Below, in pieces: positions 1 to 7,529 of a stretch of DNA of 50,512 nt (position 1 is its first letter; the number at the start of each line of letters is the position of its first letter). Made by a program: the position numbers and the translations under genes. The DNA comes from Euryarchaeota archaeon UBA173 (GTDB lineage: Archaea > Thermoplasmatota > Poseidoniia > Poseidoniales > Thalassarchaeaceae), in contig DAJH01000030.1 of assembly GCA_002498925.1 (NCBI GenBank), positions 611 to 51,122 on the forward strand, read 5' to 3'. Under the pieces are notes generated by a model. It was given only the letters and a program-made list of their open reading frames with translations. It did not search any database and was not told the DNA's origin.

Positions 1-908
1 TTGTCCTGCTGGGTGGAGGAGAATGAGTTCCATCCGGACTGCATATCTATCGATAGTGTGAAGTTGTCCTCGGGCCACATTATCGGCAGGATATCCCTGG
101 CCAGAGTGAGTGTTGCATTTACCTGCATAACCCTCGCTCCCATGCCAGGCTCGTGATCTATTGTGAAAGACTGACCCTGCTCCAAGTAGCCAGACCACTC
201 GAAGTCGAGTATCTGCTCTTCCCATACAACGTTGAAGGTCCGAGACGTGACCATCAGTGACCAAATCAGGGTAGAGGTGGCGCCCTTGTCGTCTACAACG
301 GTGATGGAACCAGATCTGTTTCCTGATTCCTCTATCGTGAGTTCAGCTATTGGGGAGACAGAATCAGCATCGTTTGAAGGGACTCCGTCGTTATTGGAAT
401 CGGACATTATGTTGAAGTCCCAAATGAACTCCATACTGGCACCTTCGGGATCGAATGAATCACTGGCATCTAATATCGCTGTGTCTCCTGCCCTAATGTA
501 GCCTGGAATTTCGAGGACCACCGTGGGGGCGGAGTTAACGAATACAGAAACTGATGCCCTGTCAGTCTCACCAGCATCGTTTAGGACGGTTACTCTGACA
601 TCATGGTAGCCTGGACTGATGAATGTGTGGCTAGCGACCCCTTGTTTGGTTGTCTTCTGGTTTCCATCTCCGAAATCCCACTGATACTCTTCGACAATTG
701 TTGGGTTTGGTGTGGATGATTCCCTAGCGTCGAAATTAATCGTTTCACCCGCATTAATCTCTGTCTGGTCTGCATTTATCTCTGCATTTGGAGCGGAGTT
801 TCCTATTCCGGAACAACCTGCTAAGGACGTAACTAGAATCATCGCTACTATTGCGAAAGTGGGGTGGGTTGAGCCCGTCACGGTACCCTTGCATGGACTT
901 CTACTCAT
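1..908 (-). CDS. PKD-domain secreted lipoprotein, N-terminal part (gene continues beyond left edge)
   Basis: Absent from the ORF track because it has no stop inside the window. My minus-strand translation from ATG 908-906 reads MSRSPCKGTVTGSTHPTFAIVAMILVTSLAGCSGIGNSAPNAEINADQTEINAGETINFDARES..EEYQWDFGDGNQKTTKQGVASHTFISPGYHDVRVTVLNDAGETDRASVSVFV. A second module follows (ILDASDSFDPEGASMEFIWDF..GSITVVDDKGATS). The frame stays open to nt 1. The hydrophobic segment plus LAGC is lipobox-like, and WDFGDG..HTF..Y.V.V.V.D..G is the PKD signature. Alternative start: ATG 842. Confidence 0.7.
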   Translation of the reverse strand, partial: MSRSPCKGTVTGSTHPTFAIVAMILVTSLAGCSGIGNSAPNAEINADQTEINAGETINFDARESSTPNPTIVEEYQWDFGDGNQKTTKQGVASHTFISPGYHDVRVTVLNDAGETDRASVSVFVNSAPTVVLEIPGYIRAGDTAILDASDSFDPEGASMEFIWDFNIMSDSNNDGVPSNDADSVSPIAELTIEESGNRSGSITVVDDKGATSTLIWSLMVTSRTFNVVWEEQILDFEWSGYLEQGQSFTIDHEPGMGARVMQVNATLTLARDILPIMWPEDNFTLSIDMQSGWNSFSSTQQD

Positions 909-1002
909 ATGGCTGTTGGGTGCTTCGATGCGAAGTGCGCGATTGAGAGGGTTCATGGGAGGAGCGGTAGGGCGCATGTTTGTGTCAGGGATGTTTGAGG
1001 GC

Positions 1003-1557
1003 ATGAGGGTCCTTGGATTCGACTTGGAGACAACGGGATTTGACTCGAGGTCGGAGCGAATCGTAGAGTTCGCGCTCGTTGGTAGTGATGTGGATGGCAG
1101 CCACATGAACGTCCAGTCATTGGTTAATCCTGGGAGGAGGATACCCTCGAATGCGACAGCGGTGCATGGGATCACTAATTCGGATGTTAGAGAGTCGGGT
1201 TCTTTCGATAGACACTTCGGGGAGCTGTCTAGGGCAATATCGGATTCTGTGATAGTGGGCCATAACGTGTTGGATTTTGATTGGAGATTTCTGGAGATGG
1301 AATGTTTGAGGGCTGGTGTAGAGACTCCGATTCCTAGGGCAATAGTGGACACCTTGGTTATTTCTAGACGGTTGAAGATTCCAGGGAGGCACAGACTAGG
1401 CGATCTTTGTCAGAAATTTGGGATTCCGCTAGAAGGGGCGCACAGGGCCGGGGCCGATGCCAGTGCAACTCTCCTTCTTCTGTGGAGGATAATGCAGAGC
1501 TATCCAGAAAAATTCGAAGGGACCTTGGATGAATGCCTGGACTCATTCTCTAATTGA
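1003..1557 (+). CDS. DEDDh 3'-5' exonuclease (DnaQ/epsilon-like)
   Basis: ORF 712..1557. Motifs: FDLETTG (Exo I), VGHNVLDFDWRFL (Exo II), HRAGADASA (Exo III, H-x4-D). The GTG at 712 would overlap the minus-strand lipoprotein start by about 200 nt, so ATG 1003 (MRVLGFDLETTG) is preferred. ATG 976 and 991 are alternatives. Confidence 0.8.
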   Translation: MRVLGFDLETTGFDSRSERIVEFALVGSDVDGSHMNVQSLVNPGRRIPSNATAVHGITNSDVRESGSFDRHFGELSRAISDSVIVGHNVLDFDWRFLEMECLRAGVETPIPRAIVDTLVISRRLKIPGRHRLGDLCQKFGIPLEGAHRAGADASATLLLLWRIMQSYPEKFEGTLDECLDSFSN

Positions 1558-2697
1558 CTTCAGAAGAGGGGTCCAAGGGAGGACCTCTGACCAATCGCCC
1601 AGATGCATTACCTTGCCGTCGGCCTTGGCACTTCCAATGAAGATGGGGCCTTCGTGATTCGAGTCACACAGTTCTCTCATGTGGGTAAGTGCCTGATCCC
1701 TCAGCAAGGCTCCAAACTTCTGCTCTGACCTTCCGACCTCACCATCATCGCCGAGAGGAGGGGCTCTCTCGAAAAGTGCGGCGCCTGATTGGGGATCGAA
1801 CCTCAATAGGTTGACCACTTCATCTCTGAAAACACCGCCCGGCGGCAGTGTGCCATCTCTACGTGCAGCCCACCAAGTGGGGCACCATGCTTTCCATTCG
1901 CAAAATCCACATGATTGGCTGTCTGGTGTTCCCTCGAGTGGTGTTTCGCTATGCCTCATTCCCTCCCATGCAGTCATGGCGTCATCCAAAACCGACGGTC
2001 CGTCCGCCCTATGGACGGTCTGATTCGCGGAATACCATCCTTCTGCATGAAGGGGCGGGTGTCCGGGATTGTTTTGCTTTAGGAGGTCCCTGTAAAACCT
2101 CAATTGGCGACTGACCTTTTCGTTTAGGTCTATTTTTGGTGGCTTCCCTGTTTTGAGATCAGCCACTATCCACCCCAAGGAATTGCCTTCTTCATCCAAA
2201 TCGGCGACTAATAGATCCAGCCTCCCCATGAGGCGACCGCATTCGGAAACAAGCGTCCCCTCATTAGCGAGGACCATCGACTGGACCTCCCTCCACATCC
2301 CCACTGATACTTCTGAAAGTGCGGTCTTTTCCATCCTAGACTTTGAAAATAGGATGTTTAGCGCCCCGACTAATCCGTCATGTGCCTTTGTTATCATCTC
2401 GTCTTTCCATCGAGGATGACGTGGCGTATCGAGGAAAGTTGCCTTCTCCAACGCCCAATGGCGATCTAGTATCGCCTTGGCGGTTGGTGGTAACCATCCA
2501 ATTTCTGACTCTTCCCTGTCGGAGATATCCAAGTTGCATATGTCTTCCACGGAGTTGTGTACAGCCGTACCCATGGCCGCTGGCATGCTAGCCTTTCTTG
2601 GCAGCCTCTGCCTAGATAGCCAGTACTTTCGAGGGCATTCTTCGTATCTGCTCCATGAAGATGGGGACAGTTGGTGAGCGACGAAATTATCTTCCAT
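1543..2697 (-). CDS. Cas4/RecB-family PD-(D/E)XK nuclease with 4Fe-4S cysteines and a ~100-aa C-terminal extension
   Basis: ORF 1543..2742 (TTG). N-terminal Cys in YEECPRKYWL. Motifs: GTAVHNSVE, GRLDLLVAD, IVADLKTGK (D-x-K), QLRFYRDLL (QxxxY). The C-x2-C-x5-C cluster is CGFCEWKAWC. Start re-picked at ATG 2697 (MEDNFVAHQLSP), which leaves a 76-bp divergent promoter region. Confidence 0.7.
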   Translation of the reverse strand: MEDNFVAHQLSPSSWSRYEECPRKYWLSRQRLPRKASMPAAMGTAVHNSVEDICNLDISDREESEIGWLPPTAKAILDRHWALEKATFLDTPRHPRWKDEMITKAHDGLVGALNILFSKSRMEKTALSEVSVGMWREVQSMVLANEGTLVSECGRLMGRLDLLVADLDEEGNSLGWIVADLKTGKPPKIDLNEKVSRQLRFYRDLLKQNNPGHPPLHAEGWYSANQTVHRADGPSVLDDAMTAWEGMRHSETPLEGTPDSQSCGFCEWKAWCPTWWAARRDGTLPPGGVFRDEVVNLLRFDPQSGAALFERAPPLGDDGEVGRSEQKFGALLRDQALTHMRELCDSNHEGPIFIGSAKADGKVMHLGDWSEVLPWTPLLKSIRE

Positions 2698-2773
2698 TTT
2701 TGGGTCCCCCGGTGCCTTCCTATGCTGTAGCGAGAGTGCCAAGTGTTAGAAGCACTTGCGCTCATTGGAGGCT

Positions 2774-3577
2774 ATGAGCCCCGACCCTGTAATCGATATC
2801 GATGACGAAACTAATGCATCAGGCGCCCTGGTCATCAACTGCTTTCCTTCAGTTGGATTCGTCAGCAGCATAGTGGCACATTTCCTAGTGGACAAGTTGG
2901 GTTTAGAATTGATTGGGGGAGTGAGGCATCCGGGGCTCCCACCAGTCTGCTTAGTCCAAGACGGAATGCCCCTTCCTCCTATGCGATTCTATGGAGGGGA
3001 GCCGATTTGTACAGTGGATAGATGTGATAAGGTGATTCTGATTGCTTCAGAAATCCAAATTTCTCCCGAATTGAAACTCCCAATTGCGAGCAAAATACTA
3101 GATTGGATGGGCGAGTCTGGGGCGAGTACTTCGATAATGATTGATTCGTATGCACATGGGGAGGGTCAGAAGCATTCGATCTTCGATGAGGATCAGTCGC
3201 CGGACTCCGTCGTTGGAATTGGGTCCACGGAAGCCGCCAAGGAAATTCTGAGTCAAATTGATGCCCCTCTGCTCAAACAGGGCGTAGTTGGTGGAATGAC
3301 TGGCGTGATGCTTGGAGAGAGTAGGAGGAGGAGGGTTGATTCTCTAGCGATTCTAGCTGAGTCAGGTGGTGAGTTTGGAGGGGGTGGCATCCCCGATGCC
3401 CGGGCCGCTGCCAGAATTATTGAGTGCCTAGATGGGCTCCTTCCAGCCGTTCAACTTGACCCGGAGCCACTATTGGAAGAGGCTCAGAGGATTGAAGCGC
3501 AAATCAGGGAGATGATGGCCCTTAGCCTGAACTCAGAAAACGACGTGGTCAGTCCGCCAAGCACAATGTACGGATAG
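2774..3577 (+). CDS. PAC2-family proteasome assembly chaperone (PbaA/PbaB-like)
   Basis: ORF 2756..3577 (TTG). GGAGG at 2766-2770 precedes ATG 2774. The N-terminal LVINCFPSVGFVSSIVAHFLVDKLGLELIG..PP..LVQDG pattern is typical of PAC2/COG1938. The protein ends in MYG, a hydrophobic-Tyr-X (HbYX) proteasome-docking motif. Confidence 0.6.
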   Translation: MSPDPVIDIDDETNASGALVINCFPSVGFVSSIVAHFLVDKLGLELIGGVRHPGLPPVCLVQDGMPLPPMRFYGGEPICTVDRCDKVILIASEIQISPELKLPIASKILDWMGESGASTSIMIDSYAHGEGQKHSIFDEDQSPDSVVGIGSTEAAKEILSQIDAPLLKQGVVGGMTGVMLGESRRRRVDSLAILAESGGEFGGGGIPDARAAARIIECLDGLLPAVQLDPEPLLEEAQRIEAQIREMMALSLNSENDVVSPPSTMYG

Positions 3578-5683
3578 TCAGAACTCACCTAGAGTCGATT
3601 GCCTCTCTTCGGGCAGGTTCTCCAAGATTGCCCCTCCTAGGAGGCTATCTAGGTCCTCCTCGGATAGCACCCTCACCCCTAGCCTATTGGCCTTGTCGAG
3701 TTTTGAGCCTGCGGCCGAACCGGCCACTAGGTAGTCCAGCTTTCCCGAGACGGAAGATGAGATTTTGCCGCCCTTCGATTTTATGGACAGCGCTATCTCC
3801 TTCCTTGGCCTACTTAGTGTACCTGTGATGCAGAATGTTCTGCCTGAGAGGAGTCCTCCCTCCTCCCTAGCTTCCCCTTCCACTATCTCCAGCTGCGAGT
3901 AGAGGTCGAGGATGTCGGATTTTCTTTCTGCGACCCCGTCTAGAAGCAGCGCTGCTACGGTTTCCCCTATCCTTTCAATGGAAGTTAGCCTGTGTATTGA
4001 TTGTTCTCTTTTTTCCAGCATTTCTATCAATTCTTCAAAGGTCCGAACCTCAGAACAAACGAGAGATGCGATTTCGGGGCCTATTCTAGGCAATCCGAGC
4101 GCAGAGATGAATTTGCTCAGGGTCATTGTTCGGCTGGACTTGAGCTCTTCCAAGATGTTTCTAGCAGATTTCTCGGCCATCCTCTCGAGGCCGAGGAGAT
4201 CTTTCTCGCTCAGCCTGTATAGGTCTGCAAGGTTTGAGGCGAGGCCTGTTGAGCATAGCTGTTCTGCTAGCTTCTCCCCTATGCCGTCCATCTCCAGTTT
4301 TCTGCACCAATACAGGATGGCCCTCTCCAGCCTGGAAGGGCAATTCAGATTAGTGCACCTGATGAACGCTCCATCCTCAACCAGCATTGTTTTGCATCGA
4401 GGGCATTCGGTAGGCATTGCTACCTTTGTCCTTGGGGGGAGGGGGAGTTGGAAGGTCGTTCCATCTGAGTGCCTCCTTCCAGAGAGATCGGAATCTACGG
4501 CAGGCCCTAGGACTTCTACGATCTTTGGAATCACATCCCCCCTGCGTACCACCCTTACCTTGTCACCGATCATTAGCCCCAACCTTTCTACTTCACCTCG
4601 ATTGTGGAGAGTCGTGCTCTCCACTGTAACTCCAGAGACTACCACTGGTGCGACTTTGGAGACGGGGGTTACGTTTCCGGTCCTACCGGTCTGCCACTCA
4701 ACACCCATCAATACGGTTGTGGCTTCTTCGGGAGGGAATTTCCAAGCTAAGGCCCATCTGGGGTGATGCGCAGTTCTCCCCAATAGTGTTCTTTTGTCCA
4801 GTCTGTCAAGCTTGATTACAACTCCATCAAGCTCCCATGCCGCCTTGTCTCTCTGATCGGTCCACCTTCTGGTTACACGTAGTATTTCGTCCGCTGTTTC
4901 ATGGTCGTCTTTACCCGAAATAACCTCATTTCCTGCAGCTTTTATCCCTATAGACTCCAGCCATTCTATGACTTCAGAGTCGAATGAGAAAGAAGGGGGC
5001 TCGGGACTGTCCGGATGTCTAGTGGATTCTGACGGGAACTCCAAGCCATAAGCCAGGAAAAGTAGGTCCTCTGCCCTTCCTTTTCCTGCATCAATGTGCT
5101 TCTGCCGCAGGGAGCCAGCGGCTAAGTTTCGGGGGTTCGGGGCGATCTCTGAATATTTGCTATTGAATATCTCCAGAGGCATCACCACCTCCCCACGAAC
5201 ATGACAATCTCCCTCCCATGATACTGCCTCCGGAACGTTTTGGATTCTACGAGCATTTGCTGTAACGTCCTCCCCCCTTGACCCGTTTCCTCGTGTAGCT
5301 GCTCGTACCAGCCTCCCTCTACGGTATTCCAGTGATAATGCAGAGCCGTCGAGCTTTGGCTGGCAGACGAACCTTCGACCATTTGCCGTTGTCTGAGAAA
5401 CAAAATGTCTGACCTCTTCCTCTTTGCTGGCTTTGTCGAGGCTTCTCATGGGGAATTCGTGCTCAACCTTCACTGATCCGGGAGGGGGGTCGGAGCCTAC
5501 TCTCGACAACTGCGGGTGATCGGGATCCAGCGATTTTAGCTGATTCCATATTTCATCGAATTCTGCATCACTGATCTCGGGTGAAGCTTCATTGTAGTAG
5601 AGATTCGAGTGTAACGCTATGAGCTTCGCTAGCTCTTCTACACGTGCCTGGTTCCCGGGGCCATCTGAGGACGCTCCCACCAT
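3578..5683 (-). CDS. ligA: NAD+-dependent DNA ligase (bacterial LigA type)
   Basis: ORF 3578..5737 (TTG start); the first ATG is 5683. Adenylation motif CQPKLDGSALSL with RGNGSRGEDVT. OB domain present. Zn finger CPRCKTMLVEDGAFIRCTNLNCPSR. HhH region present. C-terminal BRCT (GRTFCITGTLSRPRKEIALSIKSKGGKISSSVSGKLDYLVAG). Confidence 0.9.
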   Translation of the reverse strand: MVGASSDGPGNQARVEELAKLIALHSNLYYNEASPEISDAEFDEIWNQLKSLDPDHPQLSRVGSDPPPGSVKVEHEFPMRSLDKASKEEEVRHFVSQTTANGRRFVCQPKLDGSALSLEYRRGRLVRAATRGNGSRGEDVTANARRIQNVPEAVSWEGDCHVRGEVVMPLEIFNSKYSEIAPNPRNLAAGSLRQKHIDAGKGRAEDLLFLAYGLEFPSESTRHPDSPEPPSFSFDSEVIEWLESIGIKAAGNEVISGKDDHETADEILRVTRRWTDQRDKAAWELDGVVIKLDRLDKRTLLGRTAHHPRWALAWKFPPEEATTVLMGVEWQTGRTGNVTPVSKVAPVVVSGVTVESTTLHNRGEVERLGLMIGDKVRVVRRGDVIPKIVEVLGPAVDSDLSGRRHSDGTTFQLPLPPRTKVAMPTECPRCKTMLVEDGAFIRCTNLNCPSRLERAILYWCRKLEMDGIGEKLAEQLCSTGLASNLADLYRLSEKDLLGLERMAEKSARNILEELKSSRTMTLSKFISALGLPRIGPEIASLVCSEVRTFEELIEMLEKREQSIHRLTSIERIGETVAALLLDGVAERKSDILDLYSQLEIVEGEAREEGGLLSGRTFCITGTLSRPRKEIALSIKSKGGKISSSVSGKLDYLVAGSAAGSKLDKANRLGVRVLSEEDLDSLLGGAILENLPEERQSTLGEF

Positions 5684-5773
5684 GAATTTCGAGGAGGGGG
5701 TGCCCCCTTGAACCTGCGGTTTCAGCCCTTCAAACAAGGAGAAAATAGGTAAATTGGCCTCTGGATGGTCGAG

Positions 5774-5851
5774 TGGTGGGCCTGCCAGGATTTGAACCTG
5801 GGTCGCGCGACCCCCAGCCGCGAAGTATAGGCCAAGCTAACCTACAGGCCC
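5774..5851 (-). tRNA. tRNA-Pro (anticodon GGG), 3' CCA encoded
   Basis: Minus-strand read: GGGCCTG TA GGTT AGCTTGGCCTA TACT T CGCGG CTGGGGG TCGCG CGAC CCAGG TTCAAAT CCTGG CAGGCCC A CCA. It has a perfect 7-bp acceptor stem. The 5-bp anticodon stem carries a loop C-U-GGG-G-G. The T arm is perfect. The D stem is weak (3 pairs) in my hand fold. Confidence 0.8.
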
Positions 5852-5885
5852 CATTTGGGAACTGTGCGCACAAGTCGCACATCAA

Positions 5886-5903
5886 AGCCCTGTCGCTAGG
5901 GCT
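5886..5903 (-). terminator. hairpin AGCCCT-n6-AGGGCT overlapping the rpoN stop, followed by TTT on the minus strand
   Basis: Read directly from the sequence. It lies between rpoN and the tRNA-Pro 5' end. It could attenuate or punctuate the transcript or serve as a processing site. Confidence 0.3.
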
Positions 5904-6108
5904 ACTGCTCTCTTGGAATACTGAATGGAGCGACTTCGTCAATGAGTTCAACGTGCCCCAGGAACATTCTCCTGCAGCAGTACAGGGATAGCCCTGCATC
6001 GTCCATGGCCTTGTCAGGGTCTTCCCCTGCCTCAACAGCCTTCTTGTAACCCTCATATGCATGTGCGATAACCTTGCCACAGCTCCAACACCTTACTGGA
6101 ATAATCAT
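5902..6108 (-). CDS. rpoN: DNA-directed RNA polymerase subunit N (Rpo10/Rpb10 homologue)
   Basis: ORF 5902..6195 is over-extended. ATG 6108 gives [58 protein letters not shown], the canonical Rpb10 zinc-bundle sequence. Confidence 0.9.
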   Translation of the reverse strand: MIIPVRCWSCGKVIAHAYEGYKKAVEAGEDPDKAMDDAGLSLYCCRRMFLGHVELIDEVAPFSIPREQ

Positions 6109-6118
6109 CCTTTTCACC

Positions 6119-6559
6119 TCACCTGTACGACTTCTGCCACTTCTTGCGGGCACCACGACCCATTTGATGCTTGGGTTCCTTTCTTCGAGGGTCATTTACA
6201 AGTAGGCTTCTGTCGAATCTGAGATACTCATCACGAAGTTCCTCGTCATCACCTTCGGCTCCACCGTTCCACTTCACCAGACCTCTGGCGATCGCGGTTC
6301 GGATTGCGTCGACTTGTCCCATCTGTCCGCCGCCTTCGACATTCACGATGACATCTACGTCACTGAGTCGGTTCATCGCCTCGGCGATCTGAACGGGTTC
6401 CAATGCCTTTCTCTGTGCGAGGCTGGGCCCCATGATGTGAATGGGCTCTCCGTTGACCCTGACAGTTCCCTTGCCCTTTCTTACTGTGGCTCTGGCAACT
6501 GCAGTCTTCCTCTTCCCACTGGTGTTAACTGCGACTTTCTTTGTCTTCTTCCTTGCCAT
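6119..6559 (-). CDS. rps9: 30S ribosomal protein uS9
   Basis: Contains [34 protein letters not shown] and [20 protein letters not shown] at the C-terminus. Confidence 0.92.
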   Translation of the reverse strand: MARKKTKKVAVNTSGKRKTAVARATVRKGKGTVRVNGEPIHIMGPSLAQRKALEPVQIAEAMNRLSDVDVIVNVEGGGQMGQVDAIRTAIARGLVKWNGGAEGDDEELRDEYLRFDRSLLVNDPRRKEPKHQMGRGARKKWQKSYR

Positions 6560-6560
6560 A

Positions 6561-7046
6561 TCACTCGGCCTCCCATCTTGTTGAGTCGACCCCTAGGGCT
6601 GAGCTTATTTCGCCCAATCGGACAAACTTGAGCGGAAGAGGCCTGTCGATCCCTGTAGTGTCGCCCCACGAGTGTCCGTCTGGTAGCTCGTCGCCACTTA
6701 GATTCGAGGGGGTTCCTATCATGACCCTTAGGTCCCTGAGTGAGTTCCTGCCGCTGCTATTCTTTTGGTAGGGGAGCATTCCTCTTACGGTCCTCTTCAT
6801 AATCTGGTCTGGCATCCTTGGGAAGAATGGTCCCTTCCTCGCGTGATTAAGTTTGTACTTAGCCCTGTAGTCCCCTAGTACTCTCTGTCTTGGACCGGAG
6901 ACTATTGCCTTCTCCGCATTCAGGATGATTACCCGCTGCTGACCGCCATTCTTTCGGGCCGTCAACATGGCGGAGGCAACATGGCTAGCTAGTCGTCCGA
7001 GGATCTTGTCACTAGCATCAAACACTAGAGTACTAGAATTATCCAA
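6561..7046 (-). CDS. rpl13: 50S ribosomal protein uL13
   Basis: Contains [30 protein letters not shown] and [15 protein letters not shown]. It lies 1 nt upstream of uS9 and overlaps the L18e stop. Confidence 0.92.
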   Translation of the reverse strand: MDNSSTLVFDASDKILGRLASHVASAMLTARKNGGQQRVIILNAEKAIVSGPRQRVLGDYRAKYKLNHARKGPFFPRMPDQIMKRTVRGMLPYQKNSSGRNSLRDLRVMIGTPSNLSGDELPDGHSWGDTTGIDRPLPLKFVRLGEISSALGVDSTRWEAE

Positions 7047-7404
7047 GGATCCTCACCTCCTTGCCCTCCGGATTCTCCTCCATCAATTCTCTGATGGTCA
7101 AGACGCGTCCTCCTGCGCCCTCAATCTTGGTCCTAGCTCCGGCACTGACACTGTATGCGGCGACGCTAGGCTTTCCCTCGACATCACCGCTTCCGAGGAG
7201 CTTGCCTGGGACGAGTATCATCTTCTCGTCAGCAGCATGCCTCGACAGTCGGCTTAGGTTTGGTTCTGCCCAATTGCTTCGACTGGTTTCCAGTCTACGC
7301 GCTACGTCTCGCCACAGTGCCGAACCGGTGGACCTGCTCTGCTCCTTCAAGTCGCCAATCAAGGCGACAAGGGACTGGTTGGTCTTTCTGTTCTGCTTAC
7401 TCAT
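7039..7404 (-). CDS. rpl18e: 50S ribosomal protein eL18 (L18e)
   Basis: Contains NQSLVALIGDLKEQSR, LWRDVARRLE, SRSNWAEPNLSRLSRH and VPGKLLGSGDV. It is first in the conserved archaeal L18e-L13-S9-RpoN order. Confidence 0.85.
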   Translation of the reverse strand: MSKQNRKTNQSLVALIGDLKEQSRSTGSALWRDVARRLETSRSNWAEPNLSRLSRHAADEKMILVPGKLLGSGDVEGKPSVAAYSVSAGARTKIEGAGGRVLTIRELMEENPEGKEVRILG

Positions 7405-7430
7405 ATGACTCCCTCGACGTTACTCGGGTA

Positions 7431-7502
7431 GCCGCGCCACCTGAGGCCGTGTTATGAATGCTACGGGCGCCCCATAGGGGCGTGCGTGGCCGGCCAAGCG
7501 GC
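7431..7502. other. GC-rich ~72-nt imperfect palindromic element between the giant gene stop and the L18e start
   Basis: The outer arms GCCGC (7431-35) and GCGGC (7498-502) pair. Internally, GCCAC/GTGGC or GGCCG/CGGCC can pair as alternatives. The apical hairpin is CGCCCC-ata-GGGGCG (7468..7482). Confidence 0.3.
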
Positions 7503-7529
7503 TAGGAGCGGGTGGTTTCGCACTGATGC

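Noticed and set aside
712-1002. The 97-aa N-terminal extension of the exonuclease ORF. Similar GTG/TTG over-extensions occur in the track (2742, 6195, 15260, 22779, 31536, 40933, 45950).
   Set aside because: The extensions overlap neighbouring genes or promoters and lack family conservation. Internal ATG/TTG codons preceded by SD-like motifs give N-termini that match the family consensus.
3912-4766. Long antisense ORFs opposite well-supported genes. Examples: 3912..4766 (284 aa) opposite ligA; 17707..18519 (270 aa); 23694..24446 (250 aa); 29588..30148 (186 aa); 32166..32933 (255 aa); 45379..46146 (255 aa); 41051..41605 and 41624..42043 opposite the thiolase.
   Set aside because: Each lies opposite a gene with strong family motifs. 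Each is Ser/Pro/Leu-rich low-complexity sequence with no motif. This is the expected by-product of codon bias leaving the antisense frame open, not overlapping genes.
1-5851. The region left of tRNA-Pro (ligA, PAC2, the nucleases, the PKD lipoprotein) considered as a tRNA-integrated genomic island.
   Set aside because: There is no integrase or recombinase gene. I could not spot a direct repeat of the tRNA 3' half. PAC2 is a native archaeal gene, and composition looks similar to the rest of the window. It remains only a check suggested under the ligA finding.
5730-6080. ORFs 5730..6080 (116 aa, minus) and 5773..5991 (72 aa, plus) spanning the tRNA-Pro locus.
   Set aside because: They read through the tRNA gene and into rpoN out of frame. 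They have no motifs and are artefacts of an open frame across a structured RNA gene.
7431-7502. The GC-rich palindromic element considered as a tRNA or an H/ACA guide RNA.
   Set aside because: It has no T-loop (GTTCRANTC) or cloverleaf. It has no ACA/ANA box at the right distance 3' of the closing stem, and I could see no K-turn motif. It is kept only as an unclassified structured element.
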